The notes below the pieces were generated by a model, which made no database searches, was not told the DNA's origin, and saw only the letters and a program-made list of their open reading frames with translations. A DNA stretch of 64,000 nucleotides. It comes from Takakia lepidozioides (taxonomy: Eukaryota; Plantae; Bryophyta). The position numbers and the translations under genes are program-made. Shown here in pieces: positions 13,063 to 24,200 of this stretch. The DNA lies in the NCBI GenBank assembly GCA_030704615.1, contig CM060732.1:3658001-3722000 (forward strand), given 5' to 3'. Each line of letters opens with the position of its first letter. Position 1 is the stretch's first letter.

Positions 13063-13909
13063 TCTTTCTGTCTACCCGGACTGCCCGAAAATAACCGGGG
13101 AGAGGTCGGGAGAGGTTGCAGCGCGGGGGGAGGGACGATGATGGCTTGAGCTCGGAGGGGTTTCACATACCGATCTCAGAGGTAGATCCTACATGGTGGA
13201 TGCTGCATAACCTTTTTCACAGATAACAGAGACGAGGAGAAGCTCTGGGATGAATACGTTTTCGACCCCAGTCTATGGTTGAACAATCGAGGCAAGGCGA
13301 GGGTGTATGCATGATTTGTGGAGCGCGGAGGGATTTGTTTCACACACCGATCGCAGATGCAAATGTGGGCTCTTGGTTCCTGTTTAGTAGCATATATGGG
13401 ATGGTCCTGCTAGATGGGGAGCATCAAGTCGGCTAGATTTTACCTGCAAAAGTACTGAAGGTATGTCTTCCATTTATTTCCTTATTTGTTGTCACAAGTA
13501 AGTGCTAAGATTATTATAGGGTACATGCATATGTAATCCAGCAAAATGTTCATGGTCATATTAATGGAAGGGTACAGAGGTTAGAATGTTGGCTAGCTAC
13601 GAAGTGAAGAAGTTTGTCTATCCTTCAAGTCAGCTTGGTCTTAGCAGGTTGTGTTTCAATCTCTGCCTGCGAGGTTATCTATTTCATGAGCATGAGCGGC
13701 ATGAGAGGCATGAGCGGAGTAGCAAGACAATCGGTTTTCATGAGCAGAAGTACAAATTTTGAAAATAAAAAACATTATAAAACATTAATTTAATGCAATG
13801 TGTCAGAAAAAACAAATATATTATTCGGCACCTTGAAGGGGAAATTGTAGTTTTGAGAGTTGTGCTCATGATATTTCGTCTTCCGCTCATGCCAATTCCC
13901 AGCGACATG

Positions 13910-14310
13910 TGCAAAAATGGCGCCGAATTTCGCAGTAATAGGGTCCGTAACCGGAAAGAATCGCGACGTATTTCGCGGTAATAGGTCTCTCTGGCGAAAA
14001 ATGGTGCCGAATTCCGCGGCTATAGGTCCCCTCATGACAGGTGTGTAAGCCCAAAATTTGGAAATGTGGCGCCGAATTTCGGTACATGGTGCCGGGGATT
14101 GCACAGATGTTGGACAGTTCTGGGCCATGTAACTGGAAATTCGGCGCCATTTTTCCAGACATCGTTCCCGAGCATGTTCGGACTTAGCCAGTTTTCGGCC
14201 CAAAACAGGGAAATTCGGCGCCATTTTTCCTGACACAGGGGTACTAGTGTATGTTGGGACTTAGCCAGTTTTCGGCCCAAAATAGAGAAATTCGGCGCCA
14301 TTTTTCCAGA
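13910..14310. repeat. Palindrome-motif array A (AAAATGGCGCCGAATTT variant, ~70-80 bp spacing)
   Basis: About 6 copies downstream of the transposase. Shares the GGACTTAGCCA sub-motif with array D. Confidence 0.85.
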
Positions 14311-14462
14311 AATGGCCCCACAACTGCTTCTGTTGGATCTCAGTTTGAATGGAATATTGCCTCATTCCAGGAGTTTTGGGGTGCATTTCATTACACTGCA
14401 AAAAAAAATCTGATACATAAATGCAATTGAAAATATCCATATTGAGGATTCCCTTTGCCCCA

Positions 14463-17400
14463 TCAATGATTTCTGGAATCCCTAAGGAGGAGTTTGTGCA
14501 GCTCGTTCACGCTCAACGCCAGTGCATGAATAAAGTCATCAATAGTCACGTTCATCCTCAACCTCTTCAGGTAAATGTAATACAGATGCTTGCACGGATA
14601 ATACTTTGAACCCTTCTTTGCTTCCATCAACGAGAAGTCCGTACAATTGCAAGTCGGCTCCACTCCAATCGTAATTGTGTATACATCGTCGCCTACAGCC
14701 GAGCCGGCCGTTGCCATCCGATAAACACGCCCAAGGCCGGGTGGAGGTACGTCCATGGAGCTCTGAATAGTGCAAGCCATCCCAAGAGCATTGGTAATCC
14801 GAGTCTCATTCAACTTGTTGGGAGGGTGTCGTCTCTTCACTCTTCCAAATCGCATTGTGGGATGTGCAGAATTGTCCAATCCGTCTCTACTGGACCAAGC
14901 AGTCTGCAATGGCTGGGTCTCAGGAACTGGAAATGCGTGGGCCGGGACGTCTGTGCGTTGCACCATTCGAAATCCTGTTGCAGATAGAGCATCCGCCTCA
15001 TTCTGAGAGAGGCTGCAACCCGGTGCAACAGGCCAGACGCCCGGAGGCTCCGGCATTCCCTGAATCCCGTACTTGGGCTTGCCAATATACATGTCATTAT
15101 GTCGTGCCTACAGAACCAAAACGTCTACGTTGTGGCGTGAGCAAATGTGGGAGTCAAAAATCTGCCGCTGAAACAAGGTGCAGGTACAGCACCATGTGGG
15201 TTCCTCCGAATCATCTCACCACAACGTGCTCTCGTATCCACCCGAATGGCGTAGCACTTCCCTCGAAATGCCGGCAATGTCCTTGCAATTCTCCACTGTA
15301 ACTCCGACACTCTTGTCTCCACAATGGGTATGTTGTACTGCGTTACCACAGATGGCTCGTTATGTTCCTCGGGCACGTGCCCTGTGCTCAAATGAGATGA
15401 CGATCTTGAACGTGCAGGACTTGCAGTGCTCGACGAGACCTCCTCGGGCAACATCACGGGACCACGAGGGAGCGTGCGAATATTCTTGTCAGCTCGCCAT
15501 GAATCCTCTTCCCCGCCAGGTGCCTCGTCAAGTCTTCATCTCACTGGACGGGTATGAATCTCTCCTTCCAAATGTTGGCCTCTTCGAAGCAATGGCGTGT
15601 CCCGAAGGCCCTCTCGCAAGGCCGCCGCCCACTTCCGAGGATTCTTCGATCTGGAGGCAGTCCGCATCAGCATTTCCTGCCTGTCCGGCCCCAAGCCCCA
15701 CTGTTTCCTTTTCAAGAACTCGTTGTACCTACATTGCTGCATAATTGACCTCACAATGTCCTCCGTTGTGGCAGTGAGGATGTCCACCAGATGCGCTGTA
15801 GAGGAGGCACGCCAGGATGAATGCACTGATTCGGCCATGTTTGTCGTGGGCATGTCGGTGTCGGAGTCGAGACACATTTCCTGCACAAGCACATGTTGAG
15901 GTTACAAACAAGTTACAAATAATGCCAAGAATAATATTCAACGGGACGCGAATTCGTGCAACTCACCTCCCGCATATAGTCGCCGAACTGGAGGAAACGA
16001 TAATGCCACCATGCTAGCCAACTGACCATTGCTCCCTCGTCTGATTTCCTTACAGCACCTGACGATGTCCACCAAGCCCGTATACATGCAAACTGTGTCT
16101 CTGCATCATCCAAGGTGGGAGCGCGCTTCCACGCAAGACACATGGAACGGTCCTCCTCTCTGAAATCTGGCGCCACTAGCCTGGTTGTGTACTGCGAAAG
16201 GCTCTGCAGAAAATGGAACCCACAAGATTTCTCATTGCCTTCCATGGGAACATTGGGGTCTTGCCCGTACACCCTTCGGATGGCAGCCCAATTTGCTTGT
16301 GCGTTGTCCGCCATGAAACCACGGAAATTGGGAGGGGGCAATCCCGCCTTGGCCATCTGTTCGTTTATTCCCTGCCAAATAAGCATCTCCGATTGTGTGT
16401 CCTCTCCTTTCATCTCACAAATAGCAATTGTCATTAGCATCCTGCAGCGGGTGTCGTAGACATGTGCACCCATTGTCACCCACTGGTGATTTGTAATTCG
16501 CTTGATATGGTCGAACATGACCCAACTGTTTGACAAGTCCCCACTCGTCATCCTGTCGACCAGTTCGACGCCGCTGCCAGGTCCACACGTGGACATTTTG
16601 AATATGAAACAACGATCTGCCTCAGTCCCTTGTCCTGGAAACCTACTTCCATGAATGTAGTCATATCCTCATTGTCGCTTCACCTCCAGAATGGAGTGCA
16701 TATCCGAGCCACGCCCAATTTTTTGTTTGCATGAGACAATGTGGTTTCGGACATTCGGTGAACATACGTGGGACACCGACTCCAGCAATGCCTCCATTTC
16801 CTTCTCATCGAGAGGAACTCTATTGGAGCCGTCTTCCGACATAATTCTGGCAAATGACATCTTATGGGCGGCTTGGAGCTGTATCTGTTTGGGTTTGGCA
16901 CCCGGTCTCAACTTAACCTCCTCCTGAACGAGCTGCTCTGCCTCGTGGGCAGCCTCCCCCGAGTTCCCCCTCGCTAATTTGTGACAATGGGAACCAACGT
17001 GTATGCAAGCTCGGGTGAGGTTAGGGAAACGGTGCAACACATAGAATTGCTTGGCATTACAAACAGACATGCAGTGTGGTGGTTCTTTGCAATGCGCACA
17101 CTTAAATGTGGAGTTCGGAACCTTCTCCTGAGCACGAAATGGTTGATGAGTTGTGCCTGTCCAATCGGTCTCGTTCCTGTGACCTCTGGATTTAAAATGG
17201 AAGCAAGTTGGGGAGAAACACCGCAACGCGCCCGCACAAACAACGTAGTGCACCCGCACACCATCGAGCATCTTCATGCTGGTGGTTTTGGTGACGCACC
17301 AAGGATGACCATCATGTTTTCTATCCATATCTATCAACATTCCGGACGCCCTCGAGTAGTCCGTCCGAGGAAGGAACTCAAAGAAGATATTACCGTCGAC

Positions 17401-18090
17401 GTCTGCGGGAAGGCATGTAACCGATTTAATTGTAAACTTGATGTAGTCCAGCCCGGCCAGCTCCGAGCGGTGTCCCTCCATGTGAAGCCCTCGCAGAATT
17501 TCAAGAATAGATCGAACTGCGGTGCTCGTGCTGGGAATATGACTCCCTCGTCCACTGACGTCCATTGAGGACTTGCCTGATCTCCAGGACGACCTCGGAA
17601 CTTCCATGACCTCGTCTGAGTCGGACAGGTTGTGAACAACCCGGTTCTCGCTCGTCTTCATGGATGGGTTCGGCTCTGGATTTACTTCGTTGCGGACTTC
17701 TCTCTTTGAGGTAGCCACTCTCTGATTCGCGGATTGTTTCGTGGAAGGCGCCAGGATAGAAGGTGCATTTGGCGGGCAAATGAAGTCCCCAACAACCCTG
17801 TATATGACGGTGTCCGATGGTGGAACTCGCCATTCCCTGCCATCGCCGAAATCATCGTGGAGCACAACAATACTCTCGACAACAACGCCCTTTGAGTCCT
17901 TCCTTTCCTCCTCCAAAAAAACCGACCCAGGTGGTATCGAACGCACTGATATTTCTCCATCACCCGGCAGATGTCCCCTCTGCACGGAAAATGAAGCTCT
18001 ATGCTCGTGAGGAGGGCAGTACACTGTAACGCTCGGGTTTTCCGCCATGGGAGATGTGCACACAAGACTCCCAGGATGGCGTGCAGGCAA
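14463..18090 (-). pseudogene. MULE-family transposase with GCM/WRKY-like Zn domain, DDE core and SWIM finger; disrupted
   Basis: GCM-like C..C...C..C...HxGxHxH; catalytic WVMFD, FMADNAQA, CGFH (C-x2-H) and TTNMAESVH; SWIM CNCTDF...PCKH. Intron 15966-15881. In-frame stops at 16669, 15536 and 15125 plus a frameshift near 15095. Confidence 0.9.
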
Positions 18091-18319
18091 GCTCCCTGGT
18101 AGAAGGGGGATGCAGTGATGGGAAGGAATGCGGTGCCAATTTGTCCGAGCGACGAAGCCTGATCCAGATCCAGGGAGCCAACTATCTCAAAAATCCACAG
18201 TCACAGTGTTAATGAACCTTGTCTCAGGAATGCGGCCCCTGGTCTTTGCGCAATAACTGCCAACGGTATGCAGTCAGAAAGTGGGGGGCCGTCCGGATGA
18301 TGTCAGCTGAAGAGGAGAA

Positions 18320-19475
18320 GCCGGCACCGTGCCGTCACATTACTACCCCAGGATGAAAATTCGGCACCGAATATCCAGCAGGGGCCGCACGAATGAAGTC
18401 GCCTCGGGCAGAGAGGCCGGAACCTGTCCGACACAGAACAACCCCCGGATGGAAATTCAGCGCCGAATTTCCATTCGGATCCCCCCAAAGGAAGTCGTGT
18501 CGGGGGGTCAGGCCGAAAACAGGTCGACATAAAAACCTCCCCGGATGGAAAAACGGCGCCGAATTTCCATCCGAGGCGTTCGGGTGCAGTCGGGGAGGGG
18601 GGAGAGGCCGGTACCTGGCCCTCATATTACAACCCCCGGACGGAAATTCGGCACCGAATATCCAACAGGGGAAGCCCGGATGAAGTCGCCTCGGGCGTAG
18701 AGGCCGGCGCGTGTTCGACAGAGAGCATCCCCTGGATGGAGATTCGGTGCCGAATTTCCATCCGGGCCCCACCAAACGAAGTCATGTCGGGGGGGCAGGC
18801 CGAAAACTGGCCGACATAAAAACCTCCCCAGATGGGAAAACGACGCCGAATTTCCATCCGGGGCCGTTCGGATGCCGTCACATTTCAACCCCCGGACGGA
18901 AATTCGGCACCGAATATCCAACAGGTGACGCCCGGACGAAGTCGCCTCGGGCGTAGAGGCCGGCACCGAATATCCAACAGGTGACGCCCGGACGAAGTCG
19001 CCTCGGGCGTAGAGGCCGGCACCTGTCCGACAGAGACCATCCCCCGGATGGAAATTCGCCACCGAATTTCCATCCGGGCCCCCTCAAAGGAAGTCCGGTC
19101 GGGTGGTGAGGCCCAAAACTGGATGATATAAAAACCGAACAGGATGGAAAAACGGCGCCGAATTTTCGTGCGGGGCGGTTCGGATGCAGTCGGGGAGGGG
19201 GGAGAGGCCGGCACCTAGCCGTCACATTTCAACCCCCGGACGGAAATTCGGCACCGAATATCAAACAGGTGACGCCCGGACGAAGTCGCCTCGGGCGTAG
19301 AGGCCGGCACCTGTCCAACAGATATCATCCCCCGGATGGAAATTCGCCGCCGAATTTCCATCCGGGCCCCCTCAAAGGAAGTCCGGTCGGGTGGTGAGGC
19401 CCAAAAGTGGATGATATAAAAACCTCCCAGGATGGAAAAACGGCGCCGAATTTCCGTCCGAGGCCGTTCGGATTT
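18320..19475. repeat. Palindrome-motif array B (higher-order ~290-360 bp units)
   Basis: About 13 copies of GGA(T/C)GGAAATTCGGC(G/A)CCGAAT(T/A)TCCA. Confidence 0.9.
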
Positions 19476-19594
19476 CCCTCTAGCAGTCAAGGATTCCATG
19501 AAAAACGTGTCTAAAAGTGGACTTCAGCCACAAAACTAATAGTTTACTTTGTTTTTCTCCGAAAAACCAAGCGGCCATGCTCAGAATTACCTGC

Positions 19595-20430
19595 AGGAAG
19601 GTAATTCGGCGCTTCGACTTACCTGGCGAATGGAAATTCGGCACCGAATTTCCATCCGCCAACGATCCGAGTTACCTGTTGGATGGAAATTCGGCGCCGA
19701 ATTTCTATCCTGATCCACTCCGAATTACCTGCATGACGCAAATTTTGCGCGCCGCCCTACCTGCCGGATGGAATTTCGTCGCCAAATTTCCATCCATCCG
19801 CTCTCCGACCAACCTGGCGGATGGAAATCCGGCGCTGGATTTCCATCCATCCGGCTCCGAATTACCTGCGTAGTGGAAATTTCGCGCGCCGCCCTACCTG
19901 GCAGGATGGAAATCCGGCGCCGGATTTTTATCCATCCGGCTCCGAATTACCTGTGTGGCAGAAATTTCGCGCCCCGCCCTAACCGGCAGGATGGAAATCC
20001 GGCGCCGGATTTCCATCCATCCGCTCTCCGACCAACCTGGCGGATGGAAATTCGGCGCCGGATTTCCATCCATCCGCTCTGAATTACCTGCATGGCGGAA
20101 ATTTCGCGCCCCGCCCTAACCGGCAGGATGGAAATCCAGCGCCGGATTTCCATCCATCCGCTCCGAATTACCTGCGTGGCGGAAATTTTGTGCCCCGCCC
20201 TAACCGGCAGGATGGAAATCCGGCGCCGGATTTCCGTCCATCCGCTCTCCGACCAACCTGGCGGATGGAAATTCGGCGCCGGATTTCCATCCATCCGCTC
20301 CGAATTACCTGCATGGCGGAAATTTCGCGCGCCGCCCTACCTGGCAGGATGGAAATTCGGCGCTGAATTTCCATCCTGCTGCTCTCCGAATTACCTGCAT
20401 GAGGGAAATTTTGCGTGCCGCCGTACCCGG
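19595..20430. repeat. Palindrome-motif array C (~30-55 bp spacing)
   Basis: About 18 copies including the perfect-type GGATGGAAAT(T/C)CGGCGCCG(G/A)ATTTCCATCC, interspersed with GAATTACCTG. Confidence 0.9.
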
Positions 20431-21212
20431 CGGATGGGCATTAAATGTCTACCGCCGTCCGTTTTTATTTGGGCTGGCAACACATGGCTTCCTCGATACG
20501 TACCCTAAATCTAATGCTAATCTTGGATTAACTTCTATTCGAGGCATGTACCCCAAAAAACTGAGATCTTTTTCCATTTTGGCTGGGACTTATGCCGCCT
20601 GAAGGGCGTGGCTCTCTAGAGAGACCTCACATCCAGACCGCGGCGGAAGTTGAAAGCGCTGTACTACGGACGACGGCCAATCTCTCGCATGGCCAAACTT
20701 AAGCTCCAGCAGGAGATTCCAGTGTCTTGCTCACAACCCGCGCCAACTGAAGCCGAGTACTCTCAGGCAAGCCACTTCTGCTTTCGCTTTGTTCGCTTTC
20801 GCTTTTGCTTTCGCTTTGTTGTTTCGCTTTGTTTTTGCATCTTCATCCTGGCATCGCTGGAAGCATGTCATTCTTAGGCATTGGTTGGATTTGTTTTCAT
20901 TGTTGTTCCATGGCACTCCATACTTCCTAAACTTGTTTTGTTTTCATTGTTGTTCCACGATTGTTGCTATGGTGGTTGCGCTGCTCGTTGCCATTCTGGT
21001 TTTGGCACCAATGTTGGTTCTGACGATTTTGGGAATGACAAAGTGACGACGAGCCCGGCACGCTGGTGGTATCATCAACCGCTCCAACTCATCGCATGTT
21101 TGAATCGCCCAACTTGGGGCGAGAGGGCAAACTTCAACCTTTTGTTGGCGGATGAAAGGACCTGCAGCGAGGGCACGACATAATAGGCATTGGGGAGGTT
21201 GGTGCAGGCGGC

Positions 21213-24200
21213 ATGGCAGGTGAAGGGCGTGAGGACGTGAGGACAGCAGATCCGGAAATGGAGGTTGTTGATGCACATGCAGTAGGGCCCGCCCACGCAA
21301 AGAAGAAGAAGAAAGCTAAGCACATGCAATCCCAGGCGAGAGAGCCGTCACGGGCTGCGGAGGGGGGAGTGAGCAGTGCGCGTGAGGGTGTTCCTTCTCC
21401 TCAATCAAAGGTGGTCGTCTTGGAGGGCTCCTTTGCTGCTAGCCCTAGTAAGAAACAGAAAGCCCGTGAGAGGGCAAAAGAGAGGGCAAAAGAACAGGCG
21501 AGACAGAAGGCTAGCCAGGAGGAAAGAGAGGCCACTGAAGAGGCCAGGGGTGCCCAAATGACAGATGCCAATGTAAGCGAGGGACGCACAGAGACGGTGG
21601 ATCCCTCCAAGACACCACAAAGAGGCAGTAACACACCAGTTACACCATCGCGGACAAGAGCAGCCCCCGCAATTACCCATACGATGGAGAGTGGAGGAGA
21701 GGAAAGAACACCACAAAGAGCACGGATTGTGCAAGTTCGAGGTGAAGCCGGGGAGATGGCAGTAGAGATAGGGAGAGTGCTCGAGGTGGTTTCGCCGGTG
21801 GTTCACCATGTTGAGGAGGACGACACTGAGCTTTCTGACCAGGATGACATCCTCCCGGACATCCCCAGGCCCCAAACCCGCAGCATACAGGCTGGATTTG
21901 GCGGTCCTGGTGGGCTGCCGGAGAACCCCTCTGTAGCAGATGTCATGTCGGAGGCGGATATGAAGTTGGCCGCTGCCAAGATGTTGGAGGCAACCCACAG
22001 CAACATTGGCAGGGTGCTGGGGGCATGGTGTACCCGGCCAAGCTTCGAATTCCCCTTTGCCGCTTGGTGTCTTTGCAGGTGGTGAGACCTGCCCTCCCAG
22101 GCGATATCGACAAGCTGAAATTCTCTTTCCGGGATGGATATCGAATGGGGTCTGCCGCGTTTTACGTTTCCATTGAGAACGACCACGGAGCTTCTTGTGC
22201 CCACACTTCCGATGAGGTGGACAAATGGGGTCCCCATTGGCAAAGGTGAAATGAGGAGTTCGAGAGATCGATTGTTACTGATCCTCTTTTCCAGCACTTG
22301 TCCGGGAAGATGTTTTACGTGTGGGACGGCAATCATCGCCTCCTGGCATGGATGGAGCACATAGCCGAAGCCCACCCCAATGACCTCGATTGGCATTTCG
22401 CCGTGGAGTGTGTTGTGCTGAAGGTTGCGGGGCCCAAAGATTGCAGTCTTCTCAAAGCTGCAATGGCGGACATCAACTCGTAAGTTACAACGCCTCTTGC
22501 TTTTGGACCCATCCGATTGTAAGTCATTTCATTGCGAATCCTCATATTTGTTGTAAATTCCCATTTCAGAATTGTTTGATGGAAATGTGGCATTGCAGGG
22601 TGACTCAGAATGCCTTCATTGCCACCAACTTGTCCCATATGCACTTCCGAGTGAAGGATGTCGGGAAGCAGGGTGTGCAAGAGTTTGCCAATTCGCTTAG
22701 TGCCAACCTCCTGCGCAAGTCGGAGGCAAAGGCAGACAGAACCTGATATAGGCTGAGCATGGACGCCATGGTGGACTACATATCTCGGGTAAAGCTCCTG
22801 ACTGTTTTGTTGAGCTAATCTGTCTCTCGTCCCCCAATAGAAGAAAAAGTGTTGAGCAGGATCTCTAATCTTATGTGCGCATTCTTGACAGACGAAAATT
22901 CAGCAGGATTTGGCACATGCGCGGAGGTTCTACATGGAGTCAGAGGAGAAGAATCTAACCCTCCCGGCACTCGAATCATATCTCAAAGCTGCGGAGGTGA
23001 GGGCCCGCATAAAGTACAAGTCGCGGATGGTAAAGTACGTGGCCATAGCTGATCCCGCCCTTGGTGCCGACTTTCTGGTGGAGGTGGGAAGCACTACTCC
23101 CGCGCTCTGAAGCCCACGATGACATTGGAGAAGCTCCATCATCTAGCCACATCCTGTGTGGATGGTGCAGAAAAGGTGATACATTCTTAACCAAATTGTG
23201 GTGGCAACAACTCGTTTTTGTGGTGTTTGGCGCTTACGAATATGCTGGGTGGTTGGACAGACCCGGTGGCTCCAAATCTGGAATGGTTCCCAAAGTACAA
23301 GGGACATGTGGAGCTTCCCCAAACCGGACAAACTGTCTGACCCCACATTCGACATGTGGATGAACCGCATGACATGGTGGTTTCAGGTACTTCCCCACGC
23401 TTCGTTTGGCGCTTCTACTCTTGTAGGGGGTGGATTCATTGTATTTTTTCAGCAATGGGATCTGATGGAGAATCTCCACAGGTGACGACGAATGCGCAAG
23501 AGCAGCTGGACACACAAGCACATCAGTTCAAGATGGAGATTTCTCCTGCAGCCGAGAGCCTACGCGACTATGTGACGAGGTACTTTCTGCTCTACAAAAC
23601 CGACATATTCTTTCGGGAGATACCACATGCCCGCCGGAGCCACGAGTTCACCGACCAGCCGAACGCGGACAAAGCAGCAATGCGCCTTCTGTACAGGTAC
23701 ATACGCGATGCCTTCCTTTCAGTCCTTGCATTTTTCGCCGAATTTCCAGATCAGGGCTCCGAAAATGGCTAAGTCCCTAGGGTGGTTGGCCCTGAACTGG
23801 AAATTCGGCGTCATTTTTCCAGGTCAAGGCCATATGGGACAGCCATTTTCGGGCCGGACCTGGGAAAATGGCGCCGAATTTCCAGTCAGGGCTCCGAAAA
23901 TGGCTAAGTCCCTAGGGTGCTGGCCCTGAACTGGAAATTCGGCGCCATTTTTCCAGTTCTGGGCCCTATTGCCGTTTTGGGACTTAGCCATTTTCGGGCC
24001 GGACCTGGGAAAATGGCGCCGAATTTCCAGTCAGGGCTCCGAAAATGGCTAAGTCCCTAGGGTGGCTGGCCCTGAACTGGAAATTCGGCGCCATTTTTCC
24101 AGTTCTGGGCCATATTGCCCTTGTGGGACTTAGCCATTTTCGGGCCGGACCTGGGAAAATGGCGCCGAATTTCCAGTCAGGGCTCCGAAAATGGCTGAGT

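Noticed and set aside
13219-13249. ~30-bp similarity to 27551-27580 on the other side of the MULE
   Set aside because: Too short and too far from the termini to be a TSD; probably an old local duplication.
18320-20430. CRISPR-like array of palindromic repeats
   Set aside because: The intervening sequences are themselves repeated rather than unique spacers, spacing is irregular, there are no cas genes, and the context is eukaryotic.
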